DNA from: Chlorobiota bacterium | Lineage (GTDB): Bacteria; Bacteroidota; Ignavibacteria; Kapaibacteriales; UBA2268 | DNA: 64,000 bases | Reading direction: 5' to 3' | Assembly: GCA_041596515.1 (NCBI GenBank) | Contig: JBFHIJ010000005.1 | Location: forward strand, 64,330-128,329 | Shown: piece by piece, positions 1 through 10,223 of the stretch | Numbering within the stretch: position 1 is the stretch's first letter | Layout: each line of letters begins with the position of its first letter | Notes under the pieces: generated by a model | What the model was told of the DNA's origin: nothing | The model's input: only the letters and a program-made list of their open reading frames with translations | Database searches by the model: none | Position numbers and translations under genes: made by a program

Positions 1-1169
1 TCATAGCTCAAGAGGGAGAAACTGTAGAAGTTGGATCTGTTATTGGTAAGATGTCCAGCGGAGATGCTCCGGTTCAGGCTTCAGCTCCTGCGGCTGCACC
101 TAAAGAGGAAGCAACTAAGCCTGCTGCAAGCAAAGCTGCTCAGCCAAGTCAAAATCACATAACTACCCCTGTATCAGGTGGAACTTATGATATACCTACC
201 AGAGATGGCGAAGATTTCTTTTCACCTTTAGTTAGAAAAATTGCTGAAGAAAATAAAGTTAGCTTAGAAGAGTTAAAACAAATTAAAGGATCAGGTGCTG
301 GCGGGAGAGTTGCCAAAACTGATCTGATGGATTATATTGATAACAGAGGATCTGCTCCTGCTCAATCAGCTGCTACAAGTGTTGCACCTCAGAGTCAGCA
401 AAAAGCTACTACAACTGCTGCACCAAAAGCAACTCCTGCGCCGGTTGCACATGGAGATGATGTAGAAATTATCCCTATGGATAGAGTTCGCCAGTTGATT
501 GCAGATCACATGGTATATTCAAAAACTACTTCTCCTCACGTAACTTCTGTAGCCGAAGCTGACGTTACAAACATTGTTAAGTTCAGAAATAAATTTAAAG
601 ATGAATTTTTAAAACGTGAAGGCTTTAAACTTACGTTTACTCCATTCTTTGCTCAAGCAGTAATAGAAGGTCTAAAAAAATTCCCAATGGTGAATGTTTC
701 TGTAGATGGTAAAAACATCATACGCCACAAACGCATCAACTTGGGAGTTGCGACTGCTTTGGATGACGGTAATCTAATCGTACCTGTAATCAAATCTGCA
801 GAAGCACTAAACATTACAGGTTTAGGCCGCTCAGTAAATGATTTAGCAGCCAGGGCAAGATCAAAACGTTTGGATCCAAGTGATATCCAGGGTGGTACAT
901 TTACGATTACTAATGTGGGTACTTTCGGGACTCTATTTGGCACTCCTATTATCAATCAACCTCAAGCAGGTATTTTTGGTATCGGAGCCATCCAGAAACG
1001 TGCAGTAGTGAAACAATTAGACGGTATGGATGTAGTTGTTCCGCGGGATATGGTTTATATATCTTTGACTTATGATCACAGAGTAGTGGATGGTATGCTC
1101 GCAGGGCAGTGCTTGAAAGCAATCGCAGACGCACTGGAAAACATGAATGAAAAAACACTCTCCATCTAA
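1..1169 (+). CDS. 2-oxo acid dehydrogenase complex E2 component (dihydrolipoamide acyltransferase), 5' end outside window
   Basis: Frame is open from nt 3 (IAQEGETVEVGSVIGK, tail of a lipoyl domain), so the ATG at 51 is internal. Ala/Pro-rich linkers. Subunit-binding domain SPLVRKIAEENKVSLEELKQIKGSGAGGRV. C-terminal catalytic domain with DHRVVDG. Confidence 0.9.
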   Translation, partial: IAQEGETVEVGSVIGKMSSGDAPVQASAPAAAPKEEATKPAASKAAQPSQNHITTPVSGGTYDIPTRDGEDFFSPLVRKIAEENKVSLEELKQIKGSGAGGRVAKTDLMDYIDNRGSAPAQSAATSVAPQSQQKATTTAAPKATPAPVAHGDDVEIIPMDRVRQLIADHMVYSKTTSPHVTSVAEADVTNIVKFRNKFKDEFLKREGFKLTFTPFFAQAVIEGLKKFPMVNVSVDGKNIIRHKRINLGVATALDDGNLIVPVIKSAEALNITGLGRSVNDLAARARSKRLDPSDIQGGTFTITNVGTFGTLFGTPIINQPQAGIFGIGAIQKRAVVKQLDGMDVVVPRDMVYISLTYDHRVVDGMLAGQCLKAIADALENMNEKTLSI

Positions 1170-1189
1170 ATAGAGAATGTTTACATCTT

Positions 1190-1226
1190 ACAGAAAAAGC
1201 CGGCTACATTAGTCGGCTTTTTCTGT
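1190..1226. terminator. Bidirectional intrinsic terminator between the E2 gene and the convergent 136-aa gene
   Basis: acagaaaaagccggc / gtcggctttttctgt form a 15-bp stem (one G-T pair) with a 7-nt loop. The arms contain the A- and T-runs. Confidence 0.6.
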
Positions 1227-1307
1227 AAGACATTTGCACAAAAAAAAGGCATACATGGAGAAGTATACCTTTTGCTATGTTTTGATTGCTTTGGAAGCAA
1301 ATTGAAT

Positions 1308-1718
1308 CTATTTATCCTTCAGAGCTGTCAGATTATCTAAAAGTTTGTCATGCTTTTCTTCGTCATGCAGCAAATACTCTAGTAAATAGTTGACATATTC
1401 ATTTTTATTTTCTTTCTTTGCATCTTTTGCGAGTTCGATTACTTTGCGTTCCATAGCATCGTGTTCTTCGATCAAGTCCCAAAACTCATCAAGCTCTTCT
1501 TTACTCATCGAAAAATCGTATTTATCAAAGCTATCTATTATCAGCTGCTCTACTCTTCTATGCATCACCGAATCCTGCCTGATAATTTCCATCACAATTT
1601 GTACCAGCGGGTTGGTAGTTTGGCGAATAATTTCTGTAGTGCTCTTAACTGCTTCATCTTCTATATGCTGCCAAGCCTTAAGTACTTTTAGCAACTTCTC
1701 ATTATTTTGATTTGACAT
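1308..1718 (-). CDS. Hypothetical helical protein, possibly ferritin-like / rubrerythrin-like four-helix bundle
   Basis: 136-aa ORF with GAGGAA about 8 nt upstream of the ATG. Acidic and helical. Spaced carboxylate/His pairs (QDSVMH, DEEKH) are reminiscent of di-iron folds, but this is weak. Confidence 0.5.
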   Translation of the reverse strand: MSNQNNEKLLKVLKAWQHIEDEAVKSTTEIIRQTTNPLVQIVMEIIRQDSVMHRRVEQLIIDSFDKYDFSMSKEELDEFWDLIEEHDAMERKVIELAKDAKKENKNEYVNYLLEYLLHDEEKHDKLLDNLTALKDK

Positions 1719-1797
1719 CGATTTGATTCCTCTTCATATTATTTATCGTCAACAAATATAAATGACAATTAGCTTTTCTCAATATTGCCTAAAATAT

Positions 1798-1838
1798 AAA
1801 AAAAACTGCTCCATTTAGTAAAATAGAGCAGTTTTTTT
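1798..1838 (-). terminator. Intrinsic terminator downstream of the 1418-aa MCP gene
   Basis: actgctc (1805-1811) pairs with gagcagt (1826-1832), flanked by A- and T-runs. It lies 24 nt beyond the MCP stop at 1862. Confidence 0.65.
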
Positions 1839-1861
1839 ATATCGGAATTTTGCTAAATAAC

Positions 1862-4800
1862 TTAGTGAGGCATTAAATGTCTTCTGTCCCTACCACTTAT
1901 CTCTTTTGGATTATCATCTGAATCAATTTTAAATTGATTAACTACGAGATTTAACTGTGAAGTATACTCAGTCATTCTCGTAGCAGCTTCAGCAATGTAT
2001 GAGATTTGCTCTGCGGTATCTTGGGAAACGGAGGAAATAGCCGTAATATTTTTTGCAATTTGCTCAGTAGTTGCTGACTGCTGCTCACTTGCAGAAGCAA
2101 TTTGCATTATCATTTCTATTACGTTATTTGTACTTCCAACGATATTAGAAAGTGACTGACCTGCCTGATCTGCCAACTCAATACCTTGTTGAACTTCGTC
2201 ATTACCTTTTTTCATAATACCTACTGCACTTTCAGTTTCTCCTTGGACGCCTTTGATCATAGTAGCAATTTGCTTAGTAGCCTCAGTTGTTCGCTCAGCA
2301 AGCTTACGCACTTCATCAGCAACTACTGCAAATCCACGTCCTTGCTCTCCGGCTCTGGCAGCTTCGATAGCTGCGTTTAGTGCTAATAGATTAGTTTGAT
2401 CTGCAATCTCATCAATAACTGAAACAATCTGTCCAATTTGCTGACTGGATTCTCCAAGCTTTTGGATATTATCCGCAGATTGTCTTACTACATTAGCAAT
2501 GTCCTGCATTTTTGTAACAGTGTTACTAACTATAGTACCACCTTTAGAAGCAATTTGACCATTATTTTTGGCTTCTATTGAAGTTTTATTTGCATTGTTG
2601 GCATTTTCAGTAACAGTCTGAGCCATTTCTTCAATTGCTGTGGCTATTTCCTCAGCCTGAGAGCTTTGCTCTTGTGATGCAGTGGCTACATTGCCGGAGT
2701 TTGCGTTTATTTCGTTAGAAGCTTCAGAAACGGCATTAACTACTTCTATAACATTCTTTATCAAATCTTGTAGAGAGCCACCTAATGAGTTTATATTAGA
2801 ACTGAGCTTATCAAACTCTCCTTCGTATGAGCCAAACATCCTTGCTCTTAAATCACCTGCCGCTAGAGTTTCTAACACCTGACCTGCTTCGTTTAGAGGC
2901 TCTGCCATGGCATTCATTATATTATTCATACCCTCTACCATACCTCTCCATAAACCTGAATAAGACTCAACGTTTGTTCTTATATCAAGTTGTCCATTGA
3001 TAGATGCCTCAGTCTGATTATAAATATCTTGAGAAAATCTTTCAATTACACCAACGCAAGTGTTGATATTATCAGCCATTGCTTTATACTCGCCTTTAAA
3101 CTCATCAGTAAGTTTATCAAACTGAGTACCATTACTAATGGCATCTGCAAAGTTAGCTGCGATGTGAAGTGGTGTGACCAAATTATCAATTGTTGTGTTA
3201 AATCCATTAATAACATCTGCAAACTCGCCTCTGTGCTTACTTGCATCTGCCCTTTGGTCTAATTTACCCTCTTCAGCATGCATAGCAAGCTCTTCAGCAT
3301 CGGTGACAAGAAGTTTAATAGCCTTAATCATGACTATAAATGAAGGAACTAACTCGTCATTATCGCTTCTTTTACCAACTTTTGATAAATGTTCAAGATC
3401 TTCCATATTTCCATTGCTTAAGTTCACTGTTATTTTTAGGATATGTTGCAATCTGCTAATCACATCTTTGCTATTTTGTTGTTGCTCTAACCATATTCCC
3501 TCATAACCTTCAGCAAAATCAATCTTATAGTTATTTACAGAGATAGATTTCAAAATATCATTCATATCATTTACAGGTTTAGCTACAGACTCTTTCATTT
3601 CATTAAGGCCTGAGACCAAATCTTTCCATCCATTTTGGAATTTATTTGTATCGCAGCTATAGTCTAAATTACCGTGACGAACTTCTTTTGCCAAAGAATC
3701 CAATTCGGACACTACATTGATAAGATTCTTACGAAGCATATCGCATCTTTCATTTGCTATAACTTGCTTGCCTGGTAGTGTCTGTAAAATAGCTTCAAAA
3801 TTACCATCTGCATATTCTTTAACTATTTCCAGAATCATCAGAGCTGCGTTAACATGAATATATACTGTGGAATTAAATCCTGTAGCCATTGTGTTATATG
3901 CACCGGTAAATTTGGATGCATCAATAGTATGTTCTATATCTCCTGCTTTATGTAGGTCGTGCATCTGATTCATTTCGAAAATAAAATTATTTAAGTTGTC
4001 TATCAACTGATTGATATTGACTTTTATTTCGTTGAAATCACCTTTTGCATCATCAGTAATTTTTGCTGGGATATCGCCTTTTGAAATTCGGTCTATATAT
4101 TCTGCTGTAATGTTGAGTGGATTGATAACTGCGTCTAAAGTATCATTAATACCACCAACTATATCATTAAATGCTCCTTTGAATTTGCCTGCATCACCTC
4201 TTAAATCAAGGCGTCCCATCACTACTGCTTCAGAAACAGTATTTAGTTCTGTAATAACATTAAGCAAGTTATTTCTTAACAGATCCATTGCCTCATTTGC
4301 AATAACCTGTTTGCCCGGTAATGGTTCAAGCACTTCTGACATATTACCTTCGGCATAAGATTTTAAGATACCAAGTATCTTGAGCAAATTGGAAATATGA
4401 ATATTTGCAACATTATTAACACCCTCAGACATTTCTTTATATACGCCAAGGAAATTATCAGGGTGCATTAATATATCAATCTCGCCTGCTTTTTGCTCTT
4501 TGTACATAGTGCGCATATCATTTACAAAGAAATCAAGAGTATCAATAAGTTGGTTTATATTGTTCTTAATCTCGTTGAAATCGCCTCTGTAGTCATCTGT
4601 AATTTTAGAAGGAATATCTCCTTTTGAAATTCTATCTACATATTCAGCCGTCATATTTAGTGGTTGTATCACAGCATCTAAAGTATTATTTACACCAGAA
4701 ACTATTTCTTTGTAGGAACCTTCAAATCCTGTAACATTGCATCTTTTGTCTAATCTTCCATTTGTAGTGGCAACTGTGATGTCACCTAATTCATTAATAA

Positions 4801-6118
4801 CCGATTCGATTGCTTGTTTCATATTCCTAAAACTATTAGCTAATATGCCAATCTCATCTTTTTTGTCATATTCAATATTATTCGCAAGATTACCGGATGC
4901 TAGCTGATCTGCAATAATAGCAATGTCGTCTAATGGTTTCATAGTTTTTTTAGTAAACCAAAAAGCAAATAGTCCCATTAAAACATTAACAATTAGAGCC
5001 GTAACTATTGAAATCCAAATTAAGCTAACCAGCACACTCATCATGTTATCACTGAGTTCCATAAAATCCGATTTATAGGCACTAACCCCAATTACCCAGT
5101 CCCATGGTTCATAATAAACCACCATAGTAAGCTTTTCACGTGGCTTATCTTCTCCGGGATTTTGCCAGAAATAGTTATAAGCACCACTTTCATTTCCTTC
5201 TAAAGTATTTGCCAAATTAACTATGTCTTGAGCGACTTTCGATGTAGCTTTATTAGTAGATTCTATTAGGTTAATACCAACTTGTTTGTCATCTTTAGCA
5301 ATTATATATTCACCTTTTTTAGGTCCATTTCCTTGTAAGGAAAACACGTAACCGTCTTTACCAACTTCTATATCCATTATGTTTTGTCTTAATCTCTGAT
5401 CACTTTCCTGCTGAACACCAACAGATAGAATGCCGATTACTTTTGCATTGTTGTCTAATATAGGCTGATATATGGTAAGGTATACTTTACCGACAACAAA
5501 ATCAGACCCTCTAAATTCTTTTTTTGATAATATGGTTTGAATAACCGGATTTGGAGAACCATCAGGATTTGAAGCAGTGTAAAATGTACCTAAAGTACGT
5601 TTTCCTTCTGCATCAGGAGCCGTTGTAGCTACTCTTATCATGTCGCCGGCATCATTTGTTCTTTGAAAAATGGAAATAGCTACATCCATAGTTTGACCAA
5701 GCTGATCAATCAGAGGAGTAGTCTTAGTCATATCGACTGAATTACCTAACCACTGCGTACCTAAATAAAATTTTGGCAAATCAAAAGATAAAGTTTGCTC
5801 CATAAACTGATTATCAGCTTCCCAACTTACTTTTTCATTAGTTAGTTGCAAACCACCTTGAGCTTTTATTCTCTGATTTAATAATTCCAATGTGCTATTC
5901 AATTTACTATTGAGGACGCTATTAGAGGCATCACAAATTGAATATACATTCTTCGCAATTTGGCCGAGGTTTTGCTCAGTCATTTCACTTACCATTTTTA
6001 TATTTTCTTCTTCCGCACTATTCTTTTCAATTGTAATAATTGAAATTAAAATAATAAGTGGAAGAGTAATACATAAATTAGCAAGGAGAACAATTTTACT
6101 TCTAATCTTAAGTTGCAT
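1862..6118 (-). CDS. Methyl-accepting chemotaxis protein, 1418 aa (periplasmic Cache-like sensor, HAMP, five-fold repeated module, MCP signalling domain)
   Basis: TM1 [22 protein letters not shown], a ~330-aa extracytoplasmic region, TM2 [27 protein letters not shown] and HAMP ([29 protein letters not shown]). C-terminal highly conserved MCP core [40 protein letters not shown]. Confidence 0.92.
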   Translation of the reverse strand: MQLKIRSKIVLLANLCITLPLIILISIITIEKNSAEEENIKMVSEMTEQNLGQIAKNVYSICDASNSVLNSKLNSTLELLNQRIKAQGGLQLTNEKVSWEADNQFMEQTLSFDLPKFYLGTQWLGNSVDMTKTTPLIDQLGQTMDVAISIFQRTNDAGDMIRVATTAPDAEGKRTLGTFYTASNPDGSPNPVIQTILSKKEFRGSDFVVGKVYLTIYQPILDNNAKVIGILSVGVQQESDQRLRQNIMDIEVGKDGYVFSLQGNGPKKGEYIIAKDDKQVGINLIESTNKATSKVAQDIVNLANTLEGNESGAYNYFWQNPGEDKPREKLTMVVYYEPWDWVIGVSAYKSDFMELSDNMMSVLVSLIWISIVTALIVNVLMGLFAFWFTKKTMKPLDDIAIIADQLASGNLANNIEYDKKDEIGILANSFRNMKQAIESVINELGDITVATTNGRLDKRCNVTGFEGSYKEIVSGVNNTLDAVIQPLNMTAEYVDRISKGDIPSKITDDYRGDFNEIKNNINQLIDTLDFFVNDMRTMYKEQKAGEIDILMHPDNFLGVYKEMSEGVNNVANIHISNLLKILGILKSYAEGNMSEVLEPLPGKQVIANEAMDLLRNNLLNVITELNTVSEAVVMGRLDLRGDAGKFKGAFNDIVGGINDTLDAVINPLNITAEYIDRISKGDIPAKITDDAKGDFNEIKVNINQLIDNLNNFIFEMNQMHDLHKAGDIEHTIDASKFTGAYNTMATGFNSTVYIHVNAALMILEIVKEYADGNFEAILQTLPGKQVIANERCDMLRKNLINVVSELDSLAKEVRHGNLDYSCDTNKFQNGWKDLVSGLNEMKESVAKPVNDMNDILKSISVNNYKIDFAEGYEGIWLEQQQNSKDVISRLQHILKITVNLSNGNMEDLEHLSKVGKRSDNDELVPSFIVMIKAIKLLVTDAEELAMHAEEGKLDQRADASKHRGEFADVINGFNTTIDNLVTPLHIAANFADAISNGTQFDKLTDEFKGEYKAMADNINTCVGVIERFSQDIYNQTEASINGQLDIRTNVESYSGLWRGMVEGMNNIMNAMAEPLNEAGQVLETLAAGDLRARMFGSYEGEFDKLSSNINSLGGSLQDLIKNVIEVVNAVSEASNEINANSGNVATASQEQSSQAEEIATAIEEMAQTVTENANNANKTSIEAKNNGQIASKGGTIVSNTVTKMQDIANVVRQSADNIQKLGESSQQIGQIVSVIDEIADQTNLLALNAAIEAARAGEQGRGFAVVADEVRKLAERTTEATKQIATMIKGVQGETESAVGIMKKGNDEVQQGIELADQAGQSLSNIVGSTNNVIEMIMQIASASEQQSATTEQIAKNITAISSVSQDTAEQISYIAEAATRMTEYTSQLNLVVNQFKIDSDDNPKEISGRDRRHLMPH

Positions 6119-6357
6119 GATAGTTCCTCTTTATTAATATACTGTGTGATACTATTTTAAATTTGCTTGGCAATATAAAGATATATATGTAAATAGTGGG
6201 CTATATTAAGATATATTAGGTATAAATATATTCAATATTATACCTATAATCATATAGATAGAATAACAACGGAAAAAGTTTTAGAGTGAAGTATATTATA
6301 AACCCGGATCCTTAATCCCAAAAATGTCATTTGAAAAGATGAAATAGCTCTAAAGCC

Positions 6358-6394
6358 ATTGAATGGCAAGGGGTTCAATCCCTTGCCATTCAAT
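6358..6394 (-). terminator. Hairpin downstream of purC (probable terminator)
   Basis: Perfect 15-bp stem attgaatggcaaggg / cccttgccattcaat with 7-nt loop gttcaat, 43 nt past the purC stop. The T-run on the minus strand is weak. Confidence 0.5.
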
Positions 6395-6436
6395 AATGTT
6401 AATGCTTTTTTTTCTTTTCAAATTGCAGATCTCGGT

Positions 6437-7315
6437 TTATCCTACTATCATGTCATAGGCGAGTTTATATTTTGATAGTGCTTTGTCTATTATTTCTTTA
6501 GGAAGCTTAGGTGCAGGTGGTTGCTTGTCCCAAGTTAAAGTTTCGAGATAGTCACGCAGAACCTGTTTGTCGAAATTAACAACTTCTCTGCCCGGAGCCC
6601 ATTCTGATTTAAGCCAAAATCTGGAAGAATCAGGCGTAAGAGCTTCATCTATCAAAATCAAAGTTCCGTCGTCTAAAGTGCCAAATTCAAACTTAGTGTC
6701 ACAAAGGATAATACCTTTACTATCCAAATACTCTGCTCCAAAGTTATAAAGTGCAATAGAAATATCTCTTAGTTTAGAAGCTGTTTCCATTCCTAGTATT
6801 TCCGCACACTGATCAAAATTTATATTTTCGTCGTGTCCTTCATCTGCTTTAGTTGCAGGAGTGAAGATTGGTTCGGGTAATTTGTCGTATTTCTGCAAAC
6901 CTTCAGGTAGTTTGATTCCGGTGATTTTGCCGGTTTCCTGATATTCTTTCCAGCCGGAACCGGCAATATATCCTCTGACTACAAATTCGACAGGCAGGGG
7001 GGTGGCTTTTTTTACGAGCATAGAGCGCCCTTCAAGCTCATCAGCGTATTTTTTACATACTTCAGGATAGTTATTTACATTATCAGATATAAAGTGATTA
7101 GGTATGATATCTGTTGTTATTTCAAACCAGAATTTGGAAATAGAAGAAAGCAATGCACCTTTGCCGGGTACAGGTTCGTTCATGATTACATCAAACGCAG
7201 AAATTCTGTCAGAAGCTACAAAAAGAATATAATCTTCGACTTCGTACACTTCTCTGACTTTGCCTTTTCTAAGAAGTTTTATATCAGGAAAGTTTGTTTC
7301 AAAAACAGTTTTCAT
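6437..7315 (-). CDS. purC: Phosphoribosylaminoimidazole-succinocarboxamide synthase (SAICAR synthetase)
   Basis: 292 aa. N-terminal LLRKGKVREVYEV..ILFVASDRISAFDVIM and the full-length layout are typical of the long PurC form. Confidence 0.95.
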   Translation of the reverse strand: MKTVFETNFPDIKLLRKGKVREVYEVEDYILFVASDRISAFDVIMNEPVPGKGALLSSISKFWFEITTDIIPNHFISDNVNNYPEVCKKYADELEGRSMLVKKATPLPVEFVVRGYIAGSGWKEYQETGKITGIKLPEGLQKYDKLPEPIFTPATKADEGHDENINFDQCAEILGMETASKLRDISIALYNFGAEYLDSKGIILCDTKFEFGTLDDGTLILIDEALTPDSSRFWLKSEWAPGREVVNFDKQVLRDYLETLTWDKQPPAPKLPKEIIDKALSKYKLAYDMIVG

Positions 7316-7639
7316 ATCAATATCTTCAAAATTGTACTTGTATATTGAGCTAAATTTACAAAAAACAAACAGGATAAACTAAAACTATGTAAAAAAACAT
7401 AGGAAAACATCAAACAGGTTAAATATTTTTTACACTTGTAATGGCTATGAATATCAATGAGATACGAGGTATGCGTAAAAAATATTTGTCATTATTTTGG
7501 TTATTACCTTTTCATTATATATATTGTGTGGAATATTTTCAACAGTATAGGTGGAAAGTCTATGCTTGGTATTGAGAATATTTAGCTCTGATTTGTTGAT
7601 AAGAGCGATGATATTATTAAAAACATAGCAGAGGTTCAA

Positions 7640-8374
7640 TTGATTTTAGCCATATTAGCCGGATTTTTAACAGGTTTCTTTTTGGCGATGCCGCCGGGGC
7701 CGGTTGGAGTAATGGCAATAAATATGGGGGTCAATAAAGGCAGCAAAGCCGGGACTCAATTAGCTTTAGGCACCGGATTTATGGATTTCATATTCTGTGT
7801 CTTAGCTATGTCTATGGCTACAGCAGTGCAAGCCGCATTGGGGGGATTTACCGATGACTATCCGCACTTATACTTGATTATCCAGATAGCTATTATAATT
7901 GCTTTATTTATTTACGGCATTTTTAATGTCAGAAATAAAAACACCCAAGACGCTGAGGTTTTGCAAAACCCCGCTGAGTTCTCCAACTCAAAACTTATTC
8001 AATACCTTAAAAACAAAGGTCCGTTCTTGTTAGGTATTGCCATAGCACTTACTAATATTCCAAATCCTACATTTTTACCATCACTTACCTTTATTGTGTC
8101 TGCAGTCAAATCTTATGCCGGCAGCCACGGAGTGTATGAAGTAAATGCTCTTAGCAGTTTACTGTTTTCTGTTGGTTTTGGTATTGGTAATTTTACTTGG
8201 CTTTATACTTTGGTCAAACTTATCATTCGATATAAAGATAGAATGTCTCCTAAGTTATTAGGTAAGATGAGGCAATTTACAGGATTTACTTTTATTGGCT
8301 TTGGTACCATTTTAGGATATAAATTCTTTGCTCAAAAAGGAGCGGAAGTTTTAAGATTACTGTTTGCTTTGTAA
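7640..8374 (+). CDS. LysE/RhtB-type amino-acid exporter family membrane protein
   Basis: 244-aa polytopic membrane protein. N-terminal FLTGFFLAMPPGPVGVMAI (PGP motif of LysE-type translocators). TTG start preceded by AGAGG at 5-nt spacing. Confidence 0.6.
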   Translation: MILAILAGFLTGFFLAMPPGPVGVMAINMGVNKGSKAGTQLALGTGFMDFIFCVLAMSMATAVQAALGGFTDDYPHLYLIIQIAIIIALFIYGIFNVRNKNTQDAEVLQNPAEFSNSKLIQYLKNKGPFLLGIAIALTNIPNPTFLPSLTFIVSAVKSYAGSHGVYEVNALSSLLFSVGFGIGNFTWLYTLVKLIIRYKDRMSPKLLGKMRQFTGFTFIGFGTILGYKFFAQKGAEVLRLLFAL

Positions 8375-8404
8375 AGTAAATTACAATAGACTTTTGATAT
8401 TTTT

Positions 8405-8468
8405 TACTCTGATAGAACAATATTTATACAACAAAATCGGCTATTTAGCGTGTTGTTCTATCAGAGTA
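8405..8468 (+). terminator. Long perfect hairpin between the LysE-family gene and nuoA (terminator and/or nuo leader element)
   Basis: tactctgatagaacaa (8405-8420) and ttgttctatcagagta (8453-8468) form a perfect 16-bp stem with a 32-nt loop, followed by ttttattttt. Confidence 0.5.
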
Positions 8469-8490
8469 TTTTATTTTTAGAGAAAGTATT

Positions 8491-8847
8491 ATGTTAGGCG
8501 AATATTTACCATTACTTATCATGATGATAGTAGGCTTTGCTGTTGCCGGCATTTTTCTGCTTTTTTCCGAATGGTTGGGAGCTAGGAGAGGCACGCCGGG
8601 CAAAGTAACTACTTATGAAAGCGGTATGGAACCGGTAGGTACAGCAAGAGATAGATTCTCTGTGAAGTTCTACATGGTTGCTGTATCATTTATTGTGTTT
8701 GACATCGAAGTAGTCTTTATGTATCCATGGGCAGTGACTCTTGGAGAAATGGGGCTTACTGCATTTTGGGCAATGACCACTTTTATTGTTATCTTATTTT
8801 TAGGATATTTTTGGGAATTGAAGAAAGGAGGCTTGGATTGGGACTAA
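8491..8847 (+). CDS. nuoA: NADH-quinone oxidoreductase subunit A
   Basis: 118 aa, three TM segments. [40 protein letters not shown] is the conserved NuoA core. Confidence 0.92.
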   Translation: MLGEYLPLLIMMIVGFAVAGIFLLFSEWLGARRGTPGKVTTYESGMEPVGTARDRFSVKFYMVAVSFIVFDIEVVFMYPWAVTLGEMGLTAFWAMTTFIVILFLGYFWELKKGGLDWD

Positions 8848-9404
8848 ATGAAACTTTGGAAAGAGACGGATTCCTAACGACTTCATTCTCGCAGGTGCTT
8901 AAGTGGGCTCAAAAGAACTCAGCATGGCCAATGCCTTTAGGTATTTCATGCTGCGGTATCGAGATGATGGCTTTTGCCTCTTCAAGATTTGACGTAGCAA
9001 GATTTGGTTCAGAGGTTTTCCGTATGACGCCTCGCCAGTCAGATTTTCTGATTGTAGCCGGCACGGTTACTTATAAAATGGCTTGGGTAGTTAGGAAAAT
9101 TTATGACCAGATGCCGGATCCTAAATGGGTAATGTCTATGGGCGTATGTGCATCTTCAGGCGGTATGTTCAGAAGCTATCCTGTAGTGCAGGGTATAGAT
9201 GAATTTTTACCTGTCGACGTTTATGTGGCAGGTTGTCCTCCAAGACCGGAAGCAGTGATCAAAGGTCTTATGACTATTCAGGATAAAATCCAGAAAGTCC
9301 ACAGACCTGACATAGCTAACTTTGGTAAAGATGTTTCAAAAATGCCTCTGCCAAACAAGCAGGCAGAGTATTTTGAATCAGAAAATAATAAGATTATTAT
9401 ATAG
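8838..9404 (+). CDS. nuoB: NADH-quinone oxidoreductase subunit B
   Basis: Fe-S ligand motifs [18 protein letters not shown] and GCPPRPE. I place the start at TTG 8838, 6 nt after AAGGAGG (8825-8831) and overlapping the nuoA stop, rather than at the ORF-track start 8727. Confidence 0.9.
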   Translation: MGLNETLERDGFLTTSFSQVLKWAQKNSAWPMPLGISCCGIEMMAFASSRFDVARFGSEVFRMTPRQSDFLIVAGTVTYKMAWVVRKIYDQMPDPKWVMSMGVCASSGGMFRSYPVVQGIDEFLPVDVYVAGCPPRPEAVIKGLMTIQDKIQKVHRPDIANFGKDVSKMPLPNKQAEYFESENNKIII

Positions 9405-9430
9405 TCAATATAGAACTGAAAATAATAGTT

Positions 9431-9467
9431 AAAGCTCCCGTATTTTATAATACCGGAGCTTTTTTTT
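9431..9467 (+). terminator. Intrinsic terminator after nuoB
   Basis: aaagctcccgta / taccggagcttt stem (one mismatch), 8-nt loop, then a T-run ending at 9467. Confidence 0.65.
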
Positions 9468-9700
9468 ATTGATATTTTTAATAAATATCTATGATTGAGT
9501 CCACTATTTCCAATTGTAATGTCCTTTATTGAACATATACTGTAACGTAACCGAACACTTCTTGCTCTAATTAATTTTGTATATTTAGACGTAGAAACAA
9601 TGTAAGTTTTTATATATCAGCTATGTATCCATTGTATAGAGATCTCATATATAATATTGGTACGTTATTGGGAATAGGTTAAATAGAGGATTTGAAAAAA

Positions 9701-9975
9701 CTACCCGATTTATTCGGGCAATAGCTTGAAGCAGGGGTGCAAAATTCGGGTAGTTCTTCATAATTCCTCAGAGTCTTATTTGGTCAGTAAGGCTATGAGC
9801 TTAGCTCAGACAACTAATGGAAAATCATCAAAATTGCAACTTAAATTTTCTGCTCGGCGACTTTCATCCCCGGCTTATAGGAAGTCAAATCCGGGCAGAA
9901 AATTAAATCAAAAATTCCCCGGAAAAAGCAACTGCTCGGATCTTGACAAACAAGCCCCGGGCAGTTCTATTTTTA
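9701..9975 (+). ncRNA. Candidate structured RNA (independent sRNA or alaS leader); family not recognised
   Basis: GC-rich helices in an AT-rich gap. 9701-9708 pairs with 9746-9753. 9846-9857 pairs with 9891-9902 (12 bp), with nested 9859-9865/9880-9886. 9930-9939 pairs with 9957-9966 (10 bp), followed by ctattttta. The last two helices use identical arms CTGCTCGG / CCGGGCAG. Confidence 0.3.
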
Positions 9976-10223
9976 TCACGACAAATCTGATATACATTAT
10001 AGACTCTTATAAATCAGGAAAACTCAGCTGAAAAAACTATAACTCCTTAGCTAATTTTGTTACAATATGTACCAATAATCTGTCAAACAATCACTTCTGC
10101 TTGGCACGAAATATTATGCTGATATTACTTCAACTTCTTATCCCATTTTCCATTGTTTATATTCATATATAGTGGTAAATTAGCATATTGGAATTAAACT
10201 AATTATCATTATGGAATATTGAA

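Noticed and set aside
2186-4358. Several 64-115-aa plus-strand ORFs inside the first MCP gene, and similar ones at 60216-62872 in the second
   Set aside because: They are antisense shadow ORFs within long, well-supported genes, with Ser/Leu/Ile-rich nonsense composition.
6358-6394. GGTTCAATCCC, a tRNA T-loop-like sequence
   Set aside because: It sits in the loop and stem of a perfect 15-bp hairpin with no D or anticodon arms nearby. I interpret it as the purC terminator.
7454-7639. 61-aa minus-strand ORF in the purC/LysE-family divergent promoter region
   Set aside because: It is AT-rich with no RBS, and it sits where two divergent promoters must lie.
8727-8837. Longer nuoB starting at 8727 inside nuoA
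   Set aside because: The extension is out-of-frame overlap with the nuoA coding sequence and has no NuoB similarity. TTG 8838 has a near-perfect Shine-Dalgarno sequence.
9797-9808. GAGCTTAGCTCAG, resembling the tRNA D-arm/box-A motif TAGCTCAG and preceded by GGCTAT as in tRNA-Ala, upstream of alaS
   Set aside because: I could not build an acceptor stem, anticodon arm or T-arm around it, and no cloverleaf is possible. It is probably chance or just a short palindrome.
9726-10031. 101-aa ORF in the nuoB-alaS gap
   Set aside because: The product is basic and low-complexity (KSSKLQLKFSARRLSSPAYRKSNPGRKLNQKFPGKS). There is no RBS, and the ORF is threaded through the GC-rich hairpins. It is better explained as structured RNA or non-coding DNA.
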